Assembly (NCBI GenBank): GCA_031430855.1
Contig: JANPCG010000013.1
Location: forward strand, 99,781-163,780
Reading direction: 5' to 3'
Source of the DNA: Candidatus Kaiserbacteria bacterium
GTDB taxonomy: Bacteria > Patescibacteriota > Minisyncoccia > Phycocordibacterales > UBA918
Length of the DNA stretch: 64,000 nucleotides
Of the stretch, positions 47,882 through 55,986 are shown one piece after another. The position numbers were made by a program, and so were the translations under genes. The notes beneath the pieces were generated by a model, which made no database searches, had not been told where the DNA came from, and saw only the letters and a list, made by a program, of their open reading frames with translations. Positions within the stretch are counted from its first letter, which is position 1, and each line of letters starts with the position of its first letter.

Positions 47882-49975
47882 ATGATTGAGACCATCAAAA
47901 ACCAGGTTATAAAACTAGGTGTACCGGCTCGCGACTTTGATAGCGATAAAATTAGATTACCCAGTCTTATCTACATGTTCTACTGGATAGAAAGGCTAAA
48001 AAACAACAAAGAAGAACAGAACGTAGTGCTAAATAATGTACTCTCTTATCTAAATGTAGAAAATGATATCTTGAATGATATATTAGAAATCGCATACGAT
48101 AACGATATTGCGCTTTTTTGTGAGCGGTATGTTTTTGAAGAGATGATTCAAGTTAACACGGTCGATTTGGTAATTGAAAAAAGTAGCGGTGCTCACGACA
48201 AAGAAATATTGTTATACAAAAGGGACGCCTTCCCACAGGGGCTAGCCTTGCCGGGCGGAATAGTAAATGAGTCTGATGAAACCAATGAGCTTGGAGTTGA
48301 TGGAAAAATATTTTCGGCACTCCGAGTCGGGGCAGAGAAAGTGCTGTGTTTATCTAAAGAAGATATCGTCTACGAAAAGCGTACAGATCAAAGCAGTAAA
48401 GAGTATTTTTCTGTTTCAAACCTAAACAAAACTAAAAGCTTGACTATACGAGCTAAAGAAATTTATGGGTATGTTTATAATGAAAATATAAAAAATGTCA
48501 TACGACCCTCAGATCCTAGACATATCGCCAACACGGTCGGTTATACGTGTGAATTAATATGTTCTGATTTGCCGCAAGATGAATCATACATTTGGGTTAG
48601 TAAAGAAAGGCTTTTAAAACCAGGTGAGATAAAACTAAGTTTTAATCATCACAAAGAAATAATATTTCACCTATTAGCGAAAAGTAACCTGGACAGAGAA
48701 TTAGATTTTACCGAAGAAGAATTTATTAGAAATATAATTCAAAATCCGTTAGATGAGTACCGTAACTTTAAAAAGAGATTTTTAGAAAATAATAATAATC
48801 AAAACACTTCTTTTCCAGAATTATTTACCGTTGTAAATAAATTATTAACAATGCTCTTCACTGAAGAGATCAATAGTTTGTGCGAAGAAGTTAACGTGCT
48901 CAATGGGATGCGAGACAAGGTGGCAATATCACTCAGGCATACATCTTTGAAAAATAGAGTGTTTTGCCCGTACGCTCCAACCATCAGATCAATTTTTGAA
49001 TCGATTACTTTTTTTGATGTTGTCGCGAGACACAAGAAGAATTTTTATCACGGCCTACCGACCGATAAAATTATTGAGCATAACCCGAGAGAAAAGGAGT
49101 ATTCTTCTTATCATATGTATCGGTATAAATATCGGTTAGATGATATTTTTAGTATGATACCGAGCGAAATTATTATACCTACGTTCGCGTCATTGTCTGC
49201 CACTGATCTGATGAAGATTAGGGGTATTCCGGTACGATTTGTAGGACTCGCTACTGATTTCTTGTATGTAGATGAATTTGAACAGTCTCCCGAAGAGTTC
49301 TTGATGCATGACTGCAATCACTCTTGGAGAATGATACAAGAAGATAATCAGGCCTGTATAGATATGTCACTGAGTAAAGATCTTCTGATAGAAGAATCCA
49401 ATGCATTTATACAAGAATACCTGCCGAGTATAAAAATAAATAAAACAGATACTGAAGAAGAACGAGAAATAAAAAAAATAAAGAAAATAATTTTATTTGA
49501 AATTGTACACGAAGACGCGAGGCCGTTTCTCCGAAAGATAATCGGTGATTATATTCAAGTCAAAGAAGGTGGAGAAGTGAGATTTGAATTGCCGAGAATA
49601 GATCAAGAGACTGGATATATGGATGTGGTCGATACCCTCGATACTGGTATAAGTACATTGTCCTATGTGAGGAATAAGCTTCAGCATGGATTTTACGATC
49701 AAGTTGATTCACAGCTACCCCAAATTGTAAGTCCTAAATACAGAAAATCAGAGTATATAGCTAAAGCAGCCTACCAAATGCTTCGGGAACTGAACGCTGA
49801 TGCTTCCAGCGTTGCGGACCTTGATATTGATGGACTTCCTACTTATGAGTGGTTGTTGCGGAGAGTTTGTTCAGTTGGTCCGGACAATATTCATAACCCT
49901 AACGAAGTCGACGATATCCTGAATCAGTATTCTGATGGAGTAGATAAATTGAATCCCAAGCGATATCAGGCATAG
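47882..49975 (+). CDS. large hypothetical protein (697 aa)
   Basis: ORF; no confident motif. Confidence 0.45.
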   Translation: MIETIKNQVIKLGVPARDFDSDKIRLPSLIYMFYWIERLKNNKEEQNVVLNNVLSYLNVENDILNDILEIAYDNDIALFCERYVFEEMIQVNTVDLVIEKSSGAHDKEILLYKRDAFPQGLALPGGIVNESDETNELGVDGKIFSALRVGAEKVLCLSKEDIVYEKRTDQSSKEYFSVSNLNKTKSLTIRAKEIYGYVYNENIKNVIRPSDPRHIANTVGYTCELICSDLPQDESYIWVSKERLLKPGEIKLSFNHHKEIIFHLLAKSNLDRELDFTEEEFIRNIIQNPLDEYRNFKKRFLENNNNQNTSFPELFTVVNKLLTMLFTEEINSLCEEVNVLNGMRDKVAISLRHTSLKNRVFCPYAPTIRSIFESITFFDVVARHKKNFYHGLPTDKIIEHNPREKEYSSYHMYRYKYRLDDIFSMIPSEIIIPTFASLSATDLMKIRGIPVRFVGLATDFLYVDEFEQSPEEFLMHDCNHSWRMIQEDNQACIDMSLSKDLLIEESNAFIQEYLPSIKINKTDTEEEREIKKIKKIILFEIVHEDARPFLRKIIGDYIQVKEGGEVRFELPRIDQETGYMDVVDTLDTGISTLSYVRNKLQHGFYDQVDSQLPQIVSPKYRKSEYIAKAAYQMLRELNADASSVADLDIDGLPTYEWLLRRVCSVGPDNIHNPNEVDDILNQYSDGVDKLNPKRYQA

Positions 49976-49981
49976 TTATCT

Positions 49982-50004
49982 TTGCCTAGGACTCTCCTAG
50001 GCAA
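49982..50004. repeat. 23-bp perfect palindrome TTGCCTAGGACTCTCCTAGGCAA (island repeat family copy)
   Basis: identical 21-bp core also at 51803..51823; degenerate copies near 36207 and 36410. Confidence 0.7.
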
Positions 50005-50095
50005 GGCTTTGTTAAATGGGTTTTAGCATCGTCCCGGACAGCAAAATCAAATGATACTGGTGCATAATCAGTAAAAACTATGTTTAAATATAAGT

Positions 50096-50542
50096 ATGAA
50101 AAAAATACTTTATTATGTCCCTACATTATTTAGTGGAAGAATGCACCGTTTAAATCTTCTTAAGAATTGGCTGTTTATGATAGTTGGTTTTGTGGTATTT
50201 GTCTTATCTTTAGGTGAGTATCTTCCCGATGGGTCCTACTATGGAACTTTTGGAACACCAGATTTCTCATTTGCTACGGCCTTTTTCTTATTTTTATGTC
50301 AGACACTCTACATTTTTTGGATAATTTTGATGTTATCAATCCTGACTCGAAGGTGGCATGATATTGGCTATGGTGGGTGGGTATTGCTTATTCTTGTACC
50401 AATGAGCTTCGTCCCTTTAGTATTTTTATTTGTCCTTTTCTTGCGGGGAGATGAGAAAGTGAACCGTTACGGTGAATCTCCATCGGAGAGTTGGTCTTTA
50501 GAGGATTTTGTTAGATTAAAATACTTTAAAAACGTAAGTTAA
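50096..50542 (+). CDS. DUF805-like inner membrane protein
   Basis: RRWHDIGYGGWVLLIL matches the RRxHD..xxGW signature of DUF805 (YhaH/YhaI-like). Confidence 0.55.
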   Translation: MKKILYYVPTLFSGRMHRLNLLKNWLFMIVGFVVFVLSLGEYLPDGSYYGTFGTPDFSFATAFFLFLCQTLYIFWIILMLSILTRRWHDIGYGGWVLLILVPMSFVPLVFLFVLFLRGDEKVNRYGESPSESWSLEDFVRLKYFKNVS

Positions 50543-50687
50543 ATTGAAGTGATTTAAACTTGAATAACTTGTCTTCTAAAATTAAATCCTAGGGTACCTC
50601 TAGATATCCACCCAAAGCCCACTATTTGAGACGAAAAATTGTTTCGGATCCTAGACCCGTTGTATATTGAAGTGATAAGATAATACA

Positions 50688-51734
50688 ATGCAAGAATCTA
50701 TTTCTCGGAGGGTACAATTAGCTATTCAAGATAACGTGTTCCCTGGGTGTGTCGTTGGTGTCGTACATAAAAACAGAGAAAGACTAATCTTGCCATATGG
50801 TACTTTTACCTATGACGCTCTTTCTCCAAGGGTACAAGAGGATTCTTTATACGACACTGCTTCATTAACAAAGTCTATACCAACAGCCAGTCTCGCATTA
50901 ATGCTGATTGATCAGGGTAAGTTACATATCCAAGATAAGCTCATTGATTATGTTCCTGAATTTAATAATGGAGATAGAGAGGCTGTTCTGATAAAACATT
51001 TATTAACCTACACTCTCGACGGGTATGGTTTAGCTTCACAAAAACAAAAGACAGCAGACGAGTTATTACATACCATTCTCACCCAGGATTTTGAAAAGCG
51101 ACCGGGTACTGTTTTTAAATACACCAATATACCAGCGGCCTTGCTTGGATTAGTAATCGAAAAAATTATGGGAAGTACGCTCGATGCGTTGGCTGACGAA
51201 TATTTTTTTACACCGCTCAAAATGAGCCGAACGACTTTCTACCCAGAAAATTTTCCGCTCGAAGAGGTTGTACCAACCGAGATTGATGACTGGAGAGGTT
51301 TGGTGCAAGGAATCGTTCATGATGAGAGCGCGTATATTTTTAAGAAGAAAGGCAGGATTATGGGTCATGCTGGGGTGTTTTCAACTGCCGGTGATATTCT
51401 AAATTTCTTAGAAATGCTACTGAATGAAGGAACTTTCGGTGACCGAACGTACTTTTCAAGAGAGATAGTAAAACTGATGGGCACCAATCAGATTGCTGAG
51501 CTGAATGATTTTACTGGCCTTGGTTGGGAATTGAACCAGCCAAGATTCCTAGGAAAAAACGGTACTGAACACACCTTTGCAAAAACTGGCTTTACTGGAA
51601 CTCTTTGTGTTTGTGACGTGGAAAAAGAAGTTGCGTATGTAATCTTGTCGAACCGAATTTATCCAAAGCGCCCAATAGATTCAGTAGCGATTAACTCTTT
51701 ACGGGCTGATTTGGGTGAAATCATACTAAAATAG
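50688..51734 (+). CDS. serine hydrolase, beta-lactamase class C / PBP4*-like / esterase family
   Basis: SxxK (ASLTKS), YxN (YTN), KTG (FAKTGFTG) motifs in order. Confidence 0.75.
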   Translation: MQESISRRVQLAIQDNVFPGCVVGVVHKNRERLILPYGTFTYDALSPRVQEDSLYDTASLTKSIPTASLALMLIDQGKLHIQDKLIDYVPEFNNGDREAVLIKHLLTYTLDGYGLASQKQKTADELLHTILTQDFEKRPGTVFKYTNIPAALLGLVIEKIMGSTLDALADEYFFTPLKMSRTTFYPENFPLEEVVPTEIDDWRGLVQGIVHDESAYIFKKKGRIMGHAGVFSTAGDILNFLEMLLNEGTFGDRTYFSREIVKLMGTNQIAELNDFTGLGWELNQPRFLGKNGTEHTFAKTGFTGTLCVCDVEKEVAYVILSNRIYPKRPIDSVAINSLRADLGEIILK

Positions 51735-51802
51735 TTAGTTCTGTACAGATAAACTGGTAAGTCCTGGGTGCCGTTTTGGAAAAATGGGTTATGTGACCAA
51801 GA

Positions 51803-51823
51803 TTCTTTCTTCGCCTAGGACTC
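51803..51823. repeat. second copy of the GCCTAGGACTCTCCTAGGCAA palindrome
   Basis: identical to 49984..50004. Confidence 0.7.
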
Positions 51824-51934
51824 TCCTAGGCAAAGCTTCCAGCAATTCTCGCTTCTCAGTCATTGGTCTGTCTCGCTGTATGTGTTTAATGTAGCCGTTT
51901 GGGGATCGGTTCTATCAGACTCTTCTTTTTGACT

Positions 51935-52513
51935 CTACTCTGCTGTGAATAAGTAGCGATTACAGTTGTTGTTCTTGTAGCTCGGTGGGTAGTCTTCTTC
52001 GTCAAAGGCTGCTCCTAAAATTCGTTCAGTTCCACTCCATCCGATTGTTGGGTATATAGGTTCAATGTAAGATCTTACTGTATGTAATGTGTAGCTACTA
52101 AGTACTTCGTTTAATTTATTTAGGTGGGGGTTGGCTATAGCAAATGCGATAAGTTCAGATAGAGTTAATGGGCGATATCCGATTCTCGTCATGTTAGCCA
52201 ACATCTTATTACGACCATCGAGATTAGTTGCTCCGATGTTTAGTATGTAAACCCAAAAAGATGAAGATGTCGGAGCTGTCCAAGGAATTTCCCTCAGTAC
52301 CCCCTCTGTGAAGCTTGCCGAACCCTGGTCTGCATCTTTAAATAAATTTACTGCTGATTCATATGTCTCTAGTAAATTTAGGTTTTTATCATTTATTTTA
52401 ATATTAACTACCCCTCCATCTATTGAAACATCTAGTCTGATTGGAATATCCGCATTTTCGCATTTTTTAATAAAATCAATAATTTGCGGTAGTTTGGTGT
52501 TAATTTTTTGCAT
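51935..52513 (-). CDS. hypothetical protein
   Basis: ORF only. Confidence 0.4.
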   Translation of the reverse strand: MQKINTKLPQIIDFIKKCENADIPIRLDVSIDGGVVNIKINDKNLNLLETYESAVNLFKDADQGSASFTEGVLREIPWTAPTSSSFWVYILNIGATNLDGRNKMLANMTRIGYRPLTLSELIAFAIANPHLNKLNEVLSSYTLHTVRSYIEPIYPTIGWSGTERILGAAFDEEDYPPSYKNNNCNRYLFTAE

Positions 52514-53034
52514 ACATTTTTGATGGTTTAAATGGTGTCACAATCATAAGATGAAATTAGATATCCAAACCCCAACTTGGTTAAATTATGTGTTACGAAG
52601 AGATATAAAGCAATCTAAGTAATGTAACCATCTAGACTTTCTTTAAGTCAACTTGCAAATAGAGGCATAACTTGCCAGTATTTAAGTGTGCTTCAAAAGG
52701 TTGTATACAAAGAATCTTAGGTTGGGTTAGTAATTAGTGTGATGCTAATTAGTTGCCTTAGAAAAAGCTAAGACAAGGTTTGGTTTATTTGCATCAACGT
52801 GTGGGACTGATATTTTGTACCACAGGCTTTGTCTAAGAGAGCTGTAGGTAAAGCCTGTGGTACGTAGTGCCGCAAATGTTCATCGATGCGTATTGCAATT
52901 TGTGGTTCCAAAGCGAAATAGTTTTTTATGCTGATAAAAATAATGAAAAACTAGATGTAGCTGCAACTGATATACTGCTACCTACGTACGGTAAATATAG
53001 TGAATACAACGTTAGAAATTAATTATATAAACAA

Positions 53035-53446
53035 ATGACTAAACAGCTGCAATTACGCTGGATGTTTAATAGTGAAAAATATGACTTTGTAACAGAGTTA
53101 CAAAAGGCAACAAAACGCCAGTTCTTAGGTACGGCTGATATGCAAAAAGCTTTATTGTGTACTGAAGAAGATGTTTTTTTTGTATGCAAAAGAGCATCAA
53201 ATGGTAAAGAAATTAATTGGTACGTATAATCCTAAATTTCATGAAGAAACAACTGATGGAGATTATATCTTGCATGAAAATGATGTTTATAATTTATATA
53301 CAAAAGAGCGCGGAAACAAAACCTTTATCATGGGTTTTCATTCAGAGGAAGCGGCTAAGAAGTGGGTGTTGTCAAATGATGACCATTCTGATGAAGCGCT
53401 ACGTAACTATATCAGAAGCCAATTTAATTTTTACATCAAAAAGTAA
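53035..53446 (+). pseudogene. small gene split by a frameshift at a T8 homopolymer (ORFs 53035..53229 and 53171..53446)
   Basis: two overlapping ORFs in adjacent frames joined at GATGTTTTTTTTGTATGC; either a true pseudogene, a phase-variable tract or a sequencing error. Confidence 0.3.
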
Positions 53447-53693
53447 ACCTGAAAGAAATCCTAGGGTATCCATAGGAACTCACGAGTCTATTTTTATTGA
53501 TACAGAAACGTTTGTAGCAATCCAAATATCTTTATGATCATGGTGAGTCTGTCGTCAAATTCTTGCAGACCTAGAATGGCCAACTTCCTTAGGTCGCTGC
53601 CTTTACTTTCTCGCTATTTTTAGTAGTCTGGGCAATAGATTGGCGGTGTATACCGCTGAATGTATAACAGTCACATATCAAACGGAGAACGTG

Positions 53694-54665
53694 ATGAGTA
53701 AAAAACAGCTCCCACCACCTCCGGGATTTCGGAGGCAAAAGAAGACGTTTGGCGCGGGAACGATACGCTATGTGTACCCATTTTCCGATACCGAACCGGG
53801 GAAAGAGGCCTCTTCAATCCACGAAGCCTATCTGAGTGAATATCAAGAGATGTGGCAGCGTTCGAAGCTGCGGCGCCTCGCCATCAAGCGCGGTAAAGAA
53901 GCGCTCGGTGAAGAAGGGCTATATCTTGTGACGCTGCCTGAAATGGATAAGGAGGCTTTGCGTCAGGTGTACGCTAAGCGTCAGCACGAGGCGTTTCAGA
54001 TTGGCATCAATCTGCTGAGTTATGACTATCCAATCTTCATGCGCCGTAACCCGCTTGATCTCGTGTTTGAACACCTGCGGAACAACCCACGATACTACCT
54101 TAAGCTCGATCTGAAGGGTGCATTTGAGTCAGTCTATCCAGGCTTCCATCCGCGGTTTCCAGTGGTAACCAAGGAGGAGGGTGGGGAAGAAAGTGTGTGG
54201 ACCGGATGGCCCTTTTTCCATCCGGGAACACATGGCTTGATTCAAGGAGCGCCGGCGTCGCCGTTAATCTTTGAGCAAGCCTGTAAGGCGGTTGGTCTTG
54301 ATCAGCTCATTCGTGAGTCTGCCCTGGCCGCCGGGGCGACGGTGACTCGGTACGTTGACGATATTGTCTTCTCACGGCGTGAGCCGTTTGGAGACAGGTT
54401 CTGCCAGACTCTTCGCAGTCGGATCGAGGGTTTAGGATTCGTCTTGAATGTAGAGAAAAGCCGGCAGTTCGATACGCGATGGCACGCCATCGAGTTTCTC
54501 GGGGTGCGACTCTTTCGGAATCGCATTACGCTACGACCGTCTTTCTTTGATCGTCTCAAGGAAAAAGGTATCGTTACGGATGGACACCTGTCATGGATTG
54601 ATCAGGTTAACCAGCTGAAGGGTATGTTGGACCTACGGCGCAAAAAAGTCTGGCGCTACCAGTAA
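53694..54665 (+). CDS. reverse transcriptase, small (about 323 aa) retron/Abi/DRT-like, no maturase or endonuclease domain
   Basis: RT motifs: QGAPASPLIFE (QGxxxSP, motif 4), RYVDDIVFS (YxDD, motif 5), LNVEKSRQF...FLGVRL (motifs 6-7); GGAGAA SD before ATG 53694. Confidence 0.8.
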   Translation: MSKKQLPPPPGFRRQKKTFGAGTIRYVYPFSDTEPGKEASSIHEAYLSEYQEMWQRSKLRRLAIKRGKEALGEEGLYLVTLPEMDKEALRQVYAKRQHEAFQIGINLLSYDYPIFMRRNPLDLVFEHLRNNPRYYLKLDLKGAFESVYPGFHPRFPVVTKEEGGEESVWTGWPFFHPGTHGLIQGAPASPLIFEQACKAVGLDQLIRESALAAGATVTRYVDDIVFSRREPFGDRFCQTLRSRIEGLGFVLNVEKSRQFDTRWHAIEFLGVRLFRNRITLRPSFFDRLKEKGIVTDGHLSWIDQVNQLKGMLDLRRKKVWRYQ

Positions 54666-55081
54666 CGGTTTGACCATTTGAACCGTTACTGGTAGTGTTC
54701 CGGCAGGGAGGTTCGGGACGGGATCTTTTACTGCAAACTACCATTTTGGCTGTAAGCGAAGCTTACAGTTGCCCCAATGACCGAAGGGGTGCGTATGTTT
54801 GGTCGGAGACGTCGGTTTGATTGGGATATATCAGACGACTGCCTCGCTCACCTTCCTGGCCCATGCTTGGGTAACGCTGGAAAGTGAATAACGACGCCTC
54901 GTCACGGACGCTCACTCCGTTCCGTCCGAGGCAGATCCCGCGCTTGGTTCCATTTCGGGGTTCCCGATGCTCTGAACCGAGACGATGGGCTGCTGCTACC
55001 TGTCCCACGAAGAACCTCCCCGCAGTCCGCTGTTCCTTTGAAGAAATTTGCGCCCCTACCTAGTACGGGGGGCATTTTTTT
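54666..55081 (+). ncRNA. candidate structured RT-associated RNA / 3' UTR (multiple stable hairpins, ends in terminator)
   Basis: 12-bp perfect stem CCAGTAACGGTT...AACCGTTACTGG spanning the RT stop, 8-bp hairpin CTGTAAGC-gaa-GCTTACAG, nested GCCTCG/CGGACG stems near 54890-54935, terminator at the 3' end; no convincing protein ORF. Confidence 0.3.
55049..55081 (+). terminator. rho-independent terminator GCGCCCC-tacctagtac-GGGGGGC + T7
   Basis: read from sequence. Confidence 0.6.
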
Positions 55082-55116
55082 ATATAAAAAAGCTCTCATT
55101 AAAAATTTAAACAAAC

Positions 55117-55189
55117 TAATAAAAAACCAGAGCCGTGAGGCTCTGGGTAATCTTTATGGGTGTTATTCAGACCAGCTTCAGGGCAGATA
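55117..55189. repeat. 73-bp direct repeat copy 1 (contains gene 3' end + terminator CCAGAGCC-gtga-GGCTCTGG)
   Basis: identical to 55914..55986. Confidence 0.85.
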
Positions 55190-55606
55190 GATTTTCTCCG
55201 AATGCTGCCGGAGTGCGCGGAACACCGCTTGGTTCAAGTCTGGCCTGATGTAGCCATAGAAACCGGTGAGGGTCTGCATGTGCTCTGGCAGCCCCTTGGC
55301 ATCTCCAGTCACCATCAGCGCCAAGACATCCGTGCCAAATTCGGAAGTGCGTCTTGGGTGTTTGTCCAAGAACATACGCGCATGCGCAAGTTCATGGGCA
55401 ATCACGTGGATGAGCCGATAGCGGGGGGTCTGGATGACGGCTGTTTTGCTCTCCACAAACAACAAGGTGCCGCTCAGGGGGTGGTTGTTTCTGGTAAAGT
55501 CCATCTCCATTGCTGCTACCGCCGCGGGAGACAACCCCTTGGCGTTATATCTGACGCGGGTGCAAAAGTTTGAGGGAAGCGCGAACGTTTCCATCAGGCT
55601 ACACAC
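55178..55606 (-). CDS. small zinc metallopeptidase (HExxH; ImmA/IrrE- or SprT-like)
   Basis: HVIAHELAHARMF HExxH motif; 142 aa; its last codons and terminator lie in repeat copy 1. Confidence 0.55.
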   Translation of the reverse strand: MCSLMETFALPSNFCTRVRYNAKGLSPAAVAAMEMDFTRNNHPLSGTLLFVESKTAVIQTPRYRLIHVIAHELAHARMFLDKHPRRTSEFGTDVLALMVTGDAKGLPEHMQTLTGFYGYIRPDLNQAVFRALRQHSEKIYLP

Positions 55607-55618
55607 TGCACTCGCCAG

Positions 55619-55765
55619 ATCACCGTCGTCCAGCTGTTTTATTTAAGTAGCTGTAGGCGGTCAGAAAAGAACGGCGGAGGTGGGCATATGAAACGCACAC
55701 CTCGCGCACAATGGTTTCAACATCAGCTCTCTTGATGATGAATTTGTCGTCGACAGTATACGCCA
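55619..55765 (-). CDS. 49 aa hypothetical protein upstream of the metallopeptidase (MAYTVDDKFIIKRADVETIVREV...)
   Basis: not in ORF track (shorter than 60 aa); AGGAGG 7 nt upstream of ATG; co-oriented and 12 nt from the peptidase start. Confidence 0.35.
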
Positions 55766-55913
55766 TTTGTCTTCCTCCTATTTTTTAAAATAATATCATA
55801 TTATTCATAAATGTCAAGCATTAATAGCACGATTAGTGCGTGTTCTAAGAATCATTCTTCCTAAAATATTTAAAGGTGTCGGCTAAGGTAGGGGGGAGAA
55901 ATCGGTAAACTTA

Positions 55914-55986
55914 AATAAAAAACCAGAGCCGTGAGGCTCTGGGTAATCTTTATGGGTGTTATTCAGACCAGCTTCAGGGCAGATAG
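55914..55986. repeat. 73-bp direct repeat copy 2 (htpX 3' end + terminator)
   Basis: identical to 55117..55189. Confidence 0.85.

Noticed and set aside
53694-54665. Diversity-generating retroelement (DGR) or group II intron interpretation of the RT
   Set aside because: The motif-4 region is QGxxxSP (retron and group II type) rather than the DGR [ILV]GxxxSQ. No template or variable repeat pair or Avd-like gene was seen. No maturase (X) or endonuclease domain, and no recognisable intron domain V, was found.
54763-55114. Minus-strand ORFs 54763..55008 and 54902..55114 downstream of the RT
   Set aside because: They are antisense to the hairpin-rich RT 3' region, GC-driven, and have no SD. The region is better explained as structured RNA.
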